This document shows positions 51,275 to 60,763 of a stretch of DNA of 64,000 bases, one piece after another (the first letter of the stretch is position 1; every line of letters starts with the position of its first letter). The translations under genes were made by a program, and so were the position numbers. The stretch lies in the NCBI GenBank assembly GCA_965226795.1, contig CBDDDZ010000005.1, positions 896,001-960,000 on the forward strand, given 5' to 3'. The stretch is from Candidatus Latescibacterota bacterium. Lineage in GTDB: Bacteria > Latescibacterota > UBA2968 > GCA-2709665. A model generated the notes under the pieces. That model was not told the origin of the DNA. It worked only from the letters and a program-made list of their open reading frames with translations, and did not search any database.

Positions 51275-54200
51275 TCAAATTTCCTCGCACCATTCTCGGG
51301 CGTTCTGGAAGATCTGCAGCCAGGGCGAAGCACTCAGGCAATGCTTCCAGGATTCCGGCATCCAGCCCCATTGCCATTTCAAAAATGCTCGCTCGGGATG
51401 TGGCATCATCGCCAGATGGCGTCCGTCAGGGGAACATAGGGCGGCGATGCCGTGTGGAGATCCATTGGGATTGTACGGATAGGTTTCGGTTGTGCGATTT
51501 CCGTCGTTTACGTATCTGACGGGAGCCAGGTTGTCCCTGATGACGCGTTCCATCGTTTCCGGGTTGGGAAAATGGATCCGGCCCTCTCCGTGTGCAACCC
51601 AGATGCCCAGGGAAGCGCCGGCCATGTTCCTGAGCATCACCGCCGGACTTTCCTGGATCCACGCCGTGACGAAGCGTGACTCAAAACGCCCCGATGTATT
51701 CTGTATAAAGCGCGGTTGAACCCTTGTCTCGATTCCCGGCCAGGGCACCCATCCGAGCAGGGCCATCAACTGGCAGCCGTTACATACTCCCAGACTGAAT
51801 GTGTCAGGCCGTTCGTAGAACGATTGAAACTGATCCCGTAGACGCGGACTGAACCGGATAACCCCGGCCCAGCCCTTGGCGGAGTCCAGGACGTCGGCAT
51901 AGCTGAATCCACCTACAAAGGCGACGCCGCGAAAGACGTCCAGCCGGATCCGATCGGCCTGAAGATCGGACATCGTCACGTCCCACGGTTCCAGGCCCGC
52001 GGCATGGAACGCGGAGGCCATTTCACGGTCACCGTTGCTGCCTTCCTCGCGGACGATGGCAACGGGAATCTTGATTTCAGATTCCATTATTTCGGGCGCT
52101 GTCGGCGCAGGCGTGAACGGAAGGTTGTATCGGGGTCCGGTGCGCTGTCTCAGCGAAAGGCGTTCCTGTTCTACACACTGCGGGTTTGCCTGAAGTTGCT
52201 CGAGACGGTAGCTCGTTTCCTCCCAGAGGTCACGCAGGTTCTCCATGTGGTCTTCGAGTACCGTTATGCCGTTCAGGGCGATACGTACCGAAGTGTTCGC
52301 CGTGGTATTACCGATCGGAACACAGGGCACTTCAGCGGCTCTGAGGGTATCGAGAACGTGTTGTACTCTCTTGGCGCTCACTTCGAAAACCAGGCCCAAC
52401 TCCTCGGAGAAGAGAGACGCGATCGGATCTGAGGATGTCGGAAGATCGACGCGGATGCCGCAGTTTCCGGCGAAGGCCATTTCGAGCAGGCTGGTGAGGA
52501 TGCCGCCGTCGCTCCGGTCGTGGCCTGCGGACACGACCTTTTCGTCAATGAGCTGCTGCATGGCGTTGAACGCACGTTTAAGCAGACCGGGGTCGTCCAA
52601 GTCTGGCGGTGTATTGCCGATCTGGCTATACACCTGGGCGAGGGCCGAGCCCCCCAGGCGGGTCTTGCCGCGGGCGAGGTCGATGAAGAGCAGTTGACCT
52701 TCGTCGGGGAGTTTCAGGTCCGGTGTGACGGTTTTGGTGACATCCGGACAAGTTACATAGGCCGAAATGACCAGTGCACCGGGCGCGGTCACGGTCTCGT
52801 CGTTCCCCTCCGATCCGGGCGCCAGCGCGGCCATGGAAAGACTGTCTTTCCCGCCGTCTATAGCGATACCCAGTTCAAGCATAATATCCACCAGGGACTT
52901 GGCTGCATCGTATAGCGCGGCGCCTTCGCCCGGTAGTTTTGCGGCCCACATCCAGTTTCCAGAGCATTTGACGTCTTCCAATGCGCTGATCTGGGCCCAC
53001 ACCAGATTGGTTAGCGCTTCTCCGACACTCATCCGAGCCATCGCCTCGGGGTTCAGCAGGCCGATTACAGGTTGTTCCCCAATGGCCGTTGCGGCGCCTG
53101 TTGTGCCGAAGTGGCTCTGCGCGATCACGGCCACGTCCGAAACCGTGAGTTGGAGAGGCCCGGCGCATTGCTGCCGGGCAACCAGGCCGGTTACGCTCCG
53201 GTCGACCTTGTTGGTCAGAAAACGTTTGGAGCCAACCGACACGAGGCGCAGTACTCTCTCCAATGCGGACGCTACGGTGATGTTTTCGGGCAGATGGAGA
53301 GGCGTCAGTTCGGCCGGTTTACGGAACAATTCAAAGTTCTTGCGCGGCATGTCGCCCAGCACTTTGTCCAGTTCCAGGTCGACGGGGGTCGTGTTGTCGG
53401 CTTCGTCATAGAGGACGATTCTTCCGTTTCCCGTTACGTGCCCCACAAAGGCCGCCTGTATCTTCTCCCGCCTGCACAGGGCCTTGAACGCGTCCTCGTG
53501 CCGGGGATGCAAAAGCAGGGCATCGTTTTCCTGGTATTCTGCGCCCCAGATTTCCAGCACGGAAAGCGACCGGTCGCCAACAGGCAGCGCGCGAACGCGG
53601 ATTCGGGCGCCTTCCGGCGCTACGATTTCCTTGAGTACGTTGCAGTTTCCGCCGGCCCCCTGGTCGTGGATGCTGACGATGGGGTTCTCCTCGCCCAGTT
53701 CAACGCAGGCGCGGATGACCCGGTTTACTTTCTGCTCCATTTCAGCATCGCCCCGCTGAACGGCGTTGAAGTCCAGTTCCGCCGTGTTCTCACCCTGTAC
53801 CATCGACGAAGCCGCCCCGCCCCCCATCCCGATTCGGTATGCCGGGCCACCGAGTTTGACCACCCACATCTTTTTTTTAGGGCTTCCTTTTTCTGTGTGC
53901 CGGGCATCGATCTGGCCGATGCCGCCGGTGAACATAATGGGTTTGATCCACTCGCGGCGCTGCCCGTTCGGCAATCGAAGACCGAAAGCACGGGTATAGC
54001 CCTGAATGAGCGGTTCGCCGAATTTGTTGCCGTAGTCCGACGCGCCGTTGCTGGCTTCAATCTCGATCCGGAGCGGAGAGGCCATATTGTCGGGATATTC
54101 AAACGCGACGTCCTCCCAGGGCATTTCATAATCGGGAATACGCAAATTGCCCACGCAGTAGGCTGCGGTACCGGCAACGACAAGGGAGCCGCGACCGGCG

Positions 54201-55186
54201 GCATGTACGTCCCGGATGCGACCGCCCGTACCGGTTTCTGCACCGGCAAACGGCGCGACTCCGGTGGGAAAGTTGTGCGTTTCAGCGGTAAAAATGATGT
54301 CATAGTCCCGTTCGGAAGCGGCGAATGGACTCGGTCCACCGGGCCTGGCGGGCAGGATCGTTCTGGTGGAATATCCTCTGATACCGCTGGCATTATCCCT
54401 GAATGCGATGGTGCTGTTGCCGGGATTGGCCCTCAGGGGCTGTTGAATCATGCCCAGAAGATGCTGCGGCATCTTTTCGCCGTCGATTGTCAGTCGACCT
54501 TGGAAGAACCAGTGACGGGAGTGTTCGCTGTTGGACTGGGCGATGTCGAAACATTCCACATTCGTGGGATTCCGTCGAAAGTGGTCCAGAAAGAGGTCCG
54601 TATAATATTCGAGATCCCATTCGTCAAAGGCCAGTCCCAACGCTTTGTTGATACGTTCCAGTGCCGGTTTGCCCTCCTGAATGAGCGGAACTTCGGAGAC
54701 GGGCTCGGGTTGCGCGCCGGTTTCGAAAGTGGCCATTGGCGTGCCGTATTCGCATTCGGTCATGCGGTCATGGATCATATCCAGAAATGCGGATTGTTGA
54801 TCGCGCGTCAGGCCGGGTATCAGCAGATAACGCCTGGACCTCTCGATGCGCCTGATTTTCGCCAGGTCGCAGGCGTTGCACACGGAAACCGCGTTCGTGG
54901 ACCAGGCCGTGCTGAAGTTCAAACGTGGCCCGACTTCGATAACCGTGCCACCGGCGCCCGGTAACGGCGTTGTGTCGAGTTTTTCCGGTTCAAAGGTCTC
55001 GCTCAGGAGCCAGACGAGTCGCGCCCGTTCTTCGGAGGTTAACGTACCGTCCAGTTCGACATTGAAGCAGGCTTCGGTTTCGAGCCGTACAACACGGCGA
55101 CAGATGGTCTGTCTGACCCGGCTGAGCAGGGTGTCCCTTTGTGTCGGGGAGAGGTACGGCGCGCGGTAAAGATGAAGAAGGCCCAC
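51275..55186 (-). CDS. purL: Phosphoribosylformylglycinamidine synthase, single-chain large form
   Basis: QSNSEHSRH, ETHNFPT, IHDQGAGG, DGGKDSLS, HDRSDGG; glutaminase GGFSY.D, GVCNGCQ, MMPHPER. Confidence 0.96.
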   Translation of the reverse strand: MGLLHLYRAPYLSPTQRDTLLSRVRQTICRRVVRLETEACFNVELDGTLTSEERARLVWLLSETFEPEKLDTTPLPGAGGTVIEVGPRLNFSTAWSTNAVSVCNACDLAKIRRIERSRRYLLIPGLTRDQQSAFLDMIHDRMTECEYGTPMATFETGAQPEPVSEVPLIQEGKPALERINKALGLAFDEWDLEYYTDLFLDHFRRNPTNVECFDIAQSNSEHSRHWFFQGRLTIDGEKMPQHLLGMIQQPLRANPGNSTIAFRDNASGIRGYSTRTILPARPGGPSPFAASERDYDIIFTAETHNFPTGVAPFAGAETGTGGRIRDVHAAGRGSLVVAGTAAYCVGNLRIPDYEMPWEDVAFEYPDNMASPLRIEIEASNGASDYGNKFGEPLIQGYTRAFGLRLPNGQRREWIKPIMFTGGIGQIDARHTEKGSPKKKMWVVKLGGPAYRIGMGGGAASSMVQGENTAELDFNAVQRGDAEMEQKVNRVIRACVELGEENPIVSIHDQGAGGNCNVLKEIVAPEGARIRVRALPVGDRSLSVLEIWGAEYQENDALLLHPRHEDAFKALCRREKIQAAFVGHVTGNGRIVLYDEADNTTPVDLELDKVLGDMPRKNFELFRKPAELTPLHLPENITVASALERVLRLVSVGSKRFLTNKVDRSVTGLVARQQCAGPLQLTVSDVAVIAQSHFGTTGAATAIGEQPVIGLLNPEAMARMSVGEALTNLVWAQISALEDVKCSGNWMWAAKLPGEGAALYDAAKSLVDIMLELGIAIDGGKDSLSMAALAPGSEGNDETVTAPGALVISAYVTCPDVTKTVTPDLKLPDEGQLLFIDLARGKTRLGGSALAQVYSQIGNTPPDLDDPGLLKRAFNAMQQLIDEKVVSAGHDRSDGGILTSLLEMAFAGNCGIRVDLPTSSDPIASLFSEELGLVFEVSAKRVQHVLDTLRAAEVPCVPIGNTTANTSVRIALNGITVLEDHMENLRDLWEETSYRLEQLQANPQCVEQERLSLRQRTGPRYNLPFTPAPTAPEIMESEIKIPVAIVREEGSNGDREMASAFHAAGLEPWDVTMSDLQADRIRLDVFRGVAFVGGFSYADVLDSAKGWAGVIRFSPRLRDQFQSFYERPDTFSLGVCNGCQLMALLGWVPWPGIETRVQPRFIQNTSGRFESRFVTAWIQESPAVMLRNMAGASLGIWVAHGEGRIHFPNPETMERVIRDNLAPVRYVNDGNRTTETYPYNPNGSPHGIAALCSPDGRHLAMMPHPERAFLKWQWGWMPESWKHCLSASPWLQIFQNAREWCEEI

Positions 55187-55188
55187 GG

Positions 55189-55935
55189 TCAGCCTCGATT
55201 CCTGTCCGAAGTTGACAATTCGGAAGTCTCCAGAAGCTCGGGTAAGTATCTGATGATTCGATCCGGACGAATATCACTGTCTTCCGGCAGACCCATGCCC
55301 CGGGAGTCGTTCCAGACGCAGTAGATGCCCAGTTTCTGCGGAACCGCGACTTCCCACTCCAGGTTGTCGCCGATCATCCACGCATCTTTCGGGGTGGCGT
55401 TCAGCAGGCGCAACGCATCCGTATAGATTCGAATATCCGGTTTCCCGTAGCCACATTCTCCTTCGATGAGGATGGCGTCAAAGAACGGCGCCAGGTTGAA
55501 TCTGCGTATCTTTTCCCGCTGGGGCTCGGCACCTCCGTTGGTCACCAGGGCCGTCCGCACGCTGTTGGCACGAAGAAGACGAAGGGTCTCGAGTGCGCCT
55601 GGGAATGGCTTTATCGTCTTCTTGCGTTCCCGGTGGTAAGATTGGGCGATTGTACCCGCCAGTTCCCAGTCATTGATGCCAAGACGTCGCAAGCCATGGT
55701 GGACCATGCGCTGATATGCAAGGGGCATGTTCTGGCGGTTCGCCCGGTGCCGTTCTGGATCGGCCCAAAACCACGTTCGGATCTCGGTAAGCGTCCTGTA
55801 CAGCTCCTCCGCATTCGCCCTGTCAATTCTGCCGGCCGCCTGGTGGCAGACCCGTTTCCAGCAGGGCTCAGCATACGTGGAATAGGAGATGATGGTATCA
55901 TCCAGATCGATAAGCATCGCGACGGGCAGGCGCAA
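55189..55935 (-). CDS. HAD-superfamily hydrolase (YjjG/YfnB-like)
   Basis: DLDDTI motif I, VTNG motif II, KPD, IGDN; start re-called to TTG 55935 after AGGGGA. Confidence 0.85.
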   Translation of the reverse strand: MRLPVAMLIDLDDTIISYSTYAEPCWKRVCHQAAGRIDRANAEELYRTLTEIRTWFWADPERHRANRQNMPLAYQRMVHHGLRRLGINDWELAGTIAQSYHRERKKTIKPFPGALETLRLLRANSVRTALVTNGGAEPQREKIRRFNLAPFFDAILIEGECGYGKPDIRIYTDALRLLNATPKDAWMIGDNLEWEVAVPQKLGIYCVWNDSRGMGLPEDSDIRPDRIIRYLPELLETSELSTSDRNRG

Positions 55936-56277
55936 AACAGATTCCCCTGAACTGGCCGAGTTCAACGTTGATTCTTTCGTGATTCCCACTCCAGAGTCCG
56001 TGGAAAGGGGCAGTACCGGCGTTGTGGCAACCGACATAATAATAAGATACCACGAAATATATAACTAATTTATAAATTTGATAAAATCAATAAACGAATT
56101 TTATCGTATCCTCGTGAAAGGAATCTCTGCAGTCATCAAACGGCATGATTGAGACAACGCTTCGACAGGAACGAGGTGCGTAATGGGGGTTCTATGTGTC
56201 CAGAACGGGCTTACGGGACCATTCCCATCGGCGCCAATTCTCCGTCGTTGCCACTGACGCACCGAACCCGATTTCGG

Positions 56278-56306
56278 TTGACAACCAGATCTGATGGTTC
56301 TATTTT
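56278..56306 (+). promoter_or_regulatory. Promoter for the aldo/keto reductase
   Basis: TTGACA, 17 nt spacer, TATTTT. Confidence 0.6.
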
Positions 56307-56414
56307 TATTCCGGTATCCGAACGATACCGTATTCGGCCTTCGAGGGAATCGCCGGGAGGGAGCCTTCGAGGGCCGTTTTGGTTTGGCGGTCGTTTGACC
56401 TGTCGGGGGTGACC

Positions 56415-57368
56415 ATGAATCGCCGGGCGCTCTGTAAGGGCGGTCCCCGGATTTCGGAAGTGGGGTTCGGTGCTGGGCCGCTGAGGGGCTTGGACTGGGG
56501 GCCCGTGAACGACGAGACGTCGGTTCGCGCCGTGCAAAGGGCGCTCGACGTCGGTGTGACGTTTTTTGACACGGCGGACGCTTACGGAAACGGTCGGAGC
56601 GAACGTGTTCTTGGCCAGGCGCTGGCGGGTAGGCGGGAACACGTCGTGCTGGCAACCAAGGGCGGCTGGTGGTACGTGGATGGCGCGCCTTATTGCGATT
56701 TTTCGCTGATCTACCTCTGCCGGGCGGTCGAGGCCAGTCTGCGGTGTCTGCAAACGGATTATGTCGATCTTTATCACATCCACGATCCGGATATTGAGAC
56801 CATTCGGCAGGGCGGCATTTTCGAATTCCTGGCCCGGATGAAGCAGGCCGGCAAGATCCGTTTCGCCGGGGTATCGATCGATACGGTCGAACAGGGGCGG
56901 GTATGCATCGAATCCGGCTGTGTGGATGTGATTCAGATCTATTACAATATCCTGGACCAGCGTGCGGATCCGGAGTTGTTTGAAGCGGCTCGGAAGGCCG
57001 GGGTCGGTACGGTCATCAAGGCGCCCCTCGAAAGGGGCTTGCTGAGCGGGAAATACAGGAAGGATTCGCAATTTCCGGAGGCGGACTTCCGTGCAGATTG
57101 GCAGAAGGACGGGCGATTGCGGCGAGCCCTTGCGCAGGTGGCCATGGTGAAGGCGCTGGTGGACGACAGGAGCCCTACATTGGCGCAGACAGCGCTACGG
57201 TTCGTATTGGGCCATCCGGCCGTGTCGTGCGTGATTCCGGGCGCCAAGACGCCGGAGCAGGCCGAGGCCAACGCGGCGGTATCGGAAATGGGTTCGCTGG
57301 ACGGAGCGGACGTAGCCGCTTTGAAGACGCTCTACGGAAAGATGGCTGGGCCGGTTGACGCACGGTAG
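56415..57368 (+). CDS. Aldo/keto reductase
   Basis: FFDTADAYGNGRSE, LATKG, SLRCLQTDYVDLY.IH, PL.RGLL, VIPGAK. Confidence 0.92.
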   Translation: MNRRALCKGGPRISEVGFGAGPLRGLDWGPVNDETSVRAVQRALDVGVTFFDTADAYGNGRSERVLGQALAGRREHVVLATKGGWWYVDGAPYCDFSLIYLCRAVEASLRCLQTDYVDLYHIHDPDIETIRQGGIFEFLARMKQAGKIRFAGVSIDTVEQGRVCIESGCVDVIQIYYNILDQRADPELFEAARKAGVGTVIKAPLERGLLSGKYRKDSQFPEADFRADWQKDGRLRRALAQVAMVKALVDDRSPTLAQTALRFVLGHPAVSCVIPGAKTPEQAEANAAVSEMGSLDGADVAALKTLYGKMAGPVDAR

Positions 57369-57458
57369 GGGCGGGGAACTTCGTTGATTGAACGGTTATG
57401 CGCCCCACACCGCCCGTTGCCAGACGACGATTGAAAACGTCGATTTACGGCTTCTGAA

Positions 57459-57497
57459 AAGAACACAGGCGGGGTGTAAGACCCCGCCTGTGTTCTT
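57459..57497. terminator. Strong, probably bidirectional terminator
   Basis: Perfect 17-bp inverted repeat AAGAACACAGGCGGGGT/ACCCCGCCTGTGTTCTT between convergent genes. Confidence 0.85.
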
Positions 57498-57524
57498 CTA
57501 TTGATGCCATTTGCAGATGCGAAT

Positions 57525-57710
57525 TCAGTCGGCAGCGATGCCCATGGGCTCCACATCCGAACTCGTCTCGGCCGCTAGCGTCTGCCTGGCATTCTCCATA
57601 AACTGCGCGATACGCACCTGAAGGTCTTTGGCTTCCGATTCAAACCGATCCAACTCGTCCACAAGATCCTCATAGTCGAGGCGTGGCTCGACACTTGTGC
57701 GGTTCGCCAT
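57525..57710 (-). CDS. Small acidic, probably helical protein (61 aa) of unknown function
   Basis: AAGGGAG SD, own promoter and terminator, amphipathic helix pattern. Confidence 0.65.
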   Translation of the reverse strand: MANRTSVEPRLDYEDLVDELDRFESEAKDLQVRIAQFMENARQTLAAETSSDVEPMGIAAD

Positions 57711-57798
57711 AAAACACGCTCCCTTCGTGCAAGGGGAATCAGGGAGATGGGGGAGGTTGAATACCGTTCAAGCTCGCGTCATATGTGTGAGGGATCAA

Positions 57799-57827
57799 AA
57801 TATAGGTCAGGCCGAAAGATGGGTCAA
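57799..57827 (-). promoter_or_regulatory. Promoter for the 61-aa gene
   Basis: Minus strand TTGACC, 17 nt spacer, TATATT. Confidence 0.6.
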
Positions 57828-57860
57828 GAGAAAAGGCGAAAAATGAGGGGAATACCGTCG

Positions 57861-58808
57861 TCAGGGTGGCGATTGGCTCTGCGGCCGAGCGTCCAGCAGA
57901 GCCCGGATCTGCGGTTCTCGCGGCAGTGCAGCCCGTGCGCCGATTTCTGTTACCGCAAGGGCGCCCGCGCAGTTGGCAAAGGCGACCGCGTCCGCAAGGG
58001 ACCGCGTTGCGCCGAGTGCGGCCGCGAGAGCGCCGTTGAAGGCGTCTCCAGCGCCCGTCGTGTCGCGCGCGTCGACCTTGGGCGCGGGAAGCAGAACGGT
58101 CTCGCGATCCGTCGCCAGAAGCGCTCCACGCGCGCCAAGTGTAATAATGACGTTGTTTACCCCGCGGCCCATCAGGATGTCCGTAGCCAGGCGTGCCGCT
58201 CTTTCGGTATCTGGCCGGATGCCGGTTAAAACTTCGGTTTCCGATTCATTCGGCGTCAGGAGAAAAAGATCGGAAAGGAGCTGTGCGGGCAGGTCCCGCG
58301 CGGGGGCGGGGTTGAGAATAACCGGAACTCTGTGTTCCCTGGCCAGACCCGCGGCGTGGAGAACCGTAGGCAACGGCGTTTCAAGCTGAAGCAGGCAAGT
58401 TGAAACGCGTTCGAAAAGGGAACCGGCGAGGTCGACCTGAACGGGTGAAAGGGCGGCATTGGCGCCTGGAACCACGGCAATGGCGTTCTCACCCTTGCAA
58501 TCCACCAGGATCGAGGCGATCCCCGAAGGCAGATCCGGATCTTTCAGCACATAGGTGGTGTCGATTCCCTCCGCCTCGAGGCAGCACAGGGCCTGCTCAC
58601 CGAATGCGTCGCTGCCGACTCTTGCAACGAAGGACACACTTGCCCCGGAACGTGCCGCCGCTACCGCCTGATTGGCGCCCTTGCCGCCCGGCAATGTGAC
58701 AAATGTATCTGCCATCACGGTTTGGCCGGGTTTCGGCAGGCTCGACGATTGAACGATCAGATCCGTGTTGGAACTGCCAATGACCAGAACGTGCGTGCGT
58801 GACGCCAT
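57861..58808 (-). CDS. rbsK: Ribokinase
   Basis: GSSNTD, GGKGANQAVAAAR, LNPAPA, PNESE, DTTGAGDAFNG. Confidence 0.93.
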   Translation of the reverse strand: MASRTHVLVIGSSNTDLIVQSSSLPKPGQTVMADTFVTLPGGKGANQAVAAARSGASVSFVARVGSDAFGEQALCCLEAEGIDTTYVLKDPDLPSGIASILVDCKGENAIAVVPGANAALSPVQVDLAGSLFERVSTCLLQLETPLPTVLHAAGLAREHRVPVILNPAPARDLPAQLLSDLFLLTPNESETEVLTGIRPDTERAARLATDILMGRGVNNVIITLGARGALLATDRETVLLPAPKVDARDTTGAGDAFNGALAAALGATRSLADAVAFANCAGALAVTEIGARAALPREPQIRALLDARPQSQSPP

Positions 58809-59026
58809 GGCGATCTCCGGAAAAGTCGGGGAGCCGCGAAACGTACAGTGTCAACGGTCGGGCAGGGGACCGAAGTGCCGCGGATGTCGATCGGTCCCCT
58901 CCTGAACGGCTCTGAAGCAATTCCAATCCGGAATGCAAGTTAACAAGAATCGGGTTCACCCGTCAAGATGAACCGGTGCGAATCCCTGCGGAAGAATCCG
59001 AAGCATACGGACCTTATTGTATTTCC

Positions 59027-59055
59027 TTGACTTGCCTGTGGGGTTTCCTTAAGTT
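59027..59055 (+). promoter_or_regulatory. Promoter about 280 nt upstream of bamD
   Basis: TTGACT, 17 nt spacer, TAAGTT. Confidence 0.55.
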
Positions 59056-59190
59056 TTTCCGATCTACGGACGAAAGCGGAAAGGAAACCGGGAGATTCCA
59101 AGTACACGAACTGGCATGATGGCAGGGTTCCCGACTGGTTTTGTTCGGAACAAACCGTGCGTGTCCAGAGTCACAAGGTAAAGGCGTTGT

Positions 59191-59217
59191 CTGGTTGTAC
59201 TGGTTGTACTGGTTGTT
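59191..59217 (+). repeat. 9-nt tandem repeat CTGGTTGTA x3 (last copy ends in T)
   Basis: ctggttgta ctggttgta ctggttgtt read directly from the sequence. Confidence 0.85.
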
Positions 59218-59332
59218 CACGGGAAACGCACCACTCACAGATATCCGGGTCTTAGTGTGGTCGATTGCACCGACCGTTCGGGGTTGGTATAAACAGGGCC
59301 CCGATTTTCTGTTTTTGCGGGGTAAGAAGGGT

Positions 59333-60154
59333 ATGTTGAAGCGGAGTGTTTTTGTTCTGTGTTCATTGGGTCTGGTGGCATTCGGGGGATGTGCGCAAAA
59401 CAGGTATCGCCACCCCAGCGCGGACCTTTACCTGGAAAAAGCGAATGAGGAGCTGGAAAAGAAGAACTGCTGGGAGGCTCAGAAGCTGCTCCGAAATTTA
59501 CTTTCGGATTTTCCGGGGTCCCATCTGGTAGATCGGGTCCAATATAAACTCGGCTTCGCGTATTTGTGCGATAAGGACTACGTGACGGCCGTATTTGAAT
59601 TCGAGCGCCTGCTGAATGAATTTCCGACCAGTCCATTTGTTGACCAGGCGCGGTATCAGATCGGTGTGTGCTATTATCGGCAGTCCCGGGGAATCCACCA
59701 CGACCAGGACGAAACCCACAAGGCCATCAGGGAGTTTGAACGGTTTATCGAGGATTTCCCCGATAGCGATCTCGTCCCGAGCACGCGTGACAGAATCCTG
59801 GAGCTTCGGACCAAATTGGCGCGCAAAAAACTCATGGTCGCGGAGAACTACATTCAGTGGGATATGTACGAATCCGCCGGACGTTATTGCGAGATTGTCC
59901 TGAAGGAATTCGACGATACCGCGCTCGCGTCAAGAGCCCGGTTTCTACTCGCCCGGGCTAAACATCGCCTGGGTGCATTGGACGAAGCACTCGAGATATT
60001 GAGGTTCCTGGCCGCGGATGGCGTTCAGGATGAACTTAAACAGGACATTGCGGAAGAGATACGCCAGATCGAGAAAACACGGTCCGCGCAGAAGACCGAA
60101 CACCGGAAACCGGCGGAAAAGACAGACGGCTCCAGCGCTGCAAATACCAGGTGA
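59333..60154 (+). CDS. bamD: Outer membrane protein assembly lipoprotein BamD
   Basis: Lipobox-like FGGC, TPRs with FPGS/FPTS/FPDS, DQDETHKAIREFERF; start ATG 59333. Confidence 0.85.
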   Translation: MLKRSVFVLCSLGLVAFGGCAQNRYRHPSADLYLEKANEELEKKNCWEAQKLLRNLLSDFPGSHLVDRVQYKLGFAYLCDKDYVTAVFEFERLLNEFPTSPFVDQARYQIGVCYYRQSRGIHHDQDETHKAIREFERFIEDFPDSDLVPSTRDRILELRTKLARKKLMVAENYIQWDMYESAGRYCEIVLKEFDDTALASRARFLLARAKHRLGALDEALEILRFLAADGVQDELKQDIAEEIRQIEKTRSAQKTEHRKPAEKTDGSSAANTR

Positions 60155-60160
60155 GGCGGC

Positions 60161-60748
60161 ATGGGCGGCAGGATCGGCATTCTCGGCGGGACGTTCGATC
60201 CGATTCATCTTGGCCATCTGATAATCGCACAGGAGGCGCTGGCGCAATGTTGTCTGGATCGGGTCCTGTTCGTTCCCTCGGCGGACCCTCCCCATAAAAG
60301 GGTTGCCGACGTGGCGCCGGCCGAAGCGCGCGCCAGAATGGTTGCGCTCGCCCTTGACAGACAGCCCCGGTTTGAACTGTGCCGGATCGAATTGGAGCGA
60401 ACCGGCAAGTCCTATACCGTCGAGACCCTGAGACAGCTCCGGAGAAAACTGGGATCCGGGATTGAATTCTACCTGATCATCGGTGCGGACAACGCGTTGG
60501 AGATGTCAACATGGTGCGATCCCCACGGCGTTCTTGATCTTGCCCACGTTATGGTGATGGGTCGGTCCGGGTTTCTTCCAGATGATATAGATAACCGAAT
60601 AGCCGCACGGATGCGTTTCCTGGATACACCCCTTCTTGAGATTTCTTCCACACAGATCCGTTCGCGAATTCGTACGGGTCGGCCCATTCGATATTGGGTG
60701 CCGGACACCGTCGCGCAATTTATCGAAACGCACCGCCTCTACCGATAG
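60161..60748 (+). CDS. nadD: Nicotinate-nucleotide adenylyltransferase
   Basis: GGTFDPIHLGH, PPHK, SYTVETL, IIGAD, ISSTQIR. Confidence 0.96.
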   Translation: MGGRIGILGGTFDPIHLGHLIIAQEALAQCCLDRVLFVPSADPPHKRVADVAPAEARARMVALALDRQPRFELCRIELERTGKSYTVETLRQLRRKLGSGIEFYLIIGADNALEMSTWCDPHGVLDLAHVMVMGRSGFLPDDIDNRIAARMRFLDTPLLEISSTQIRSRIRTGRPIRYWVPDTVAQFIETHRLYR

Positions 60749-60763
60749 GAAAGCGGGTGAAAG

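Noticed and set aside
53072..54964. 630-aa ORF on the + strand
   Set aside because: Antisense shadow of purL with no recognisable motifs; expected in GC-rich coding DNA.
56029..56056. dif-like site (TTATGTC arm on the minus strand)
   Set aside because: Only part of the XerD arm matches and there is no XerC arm.
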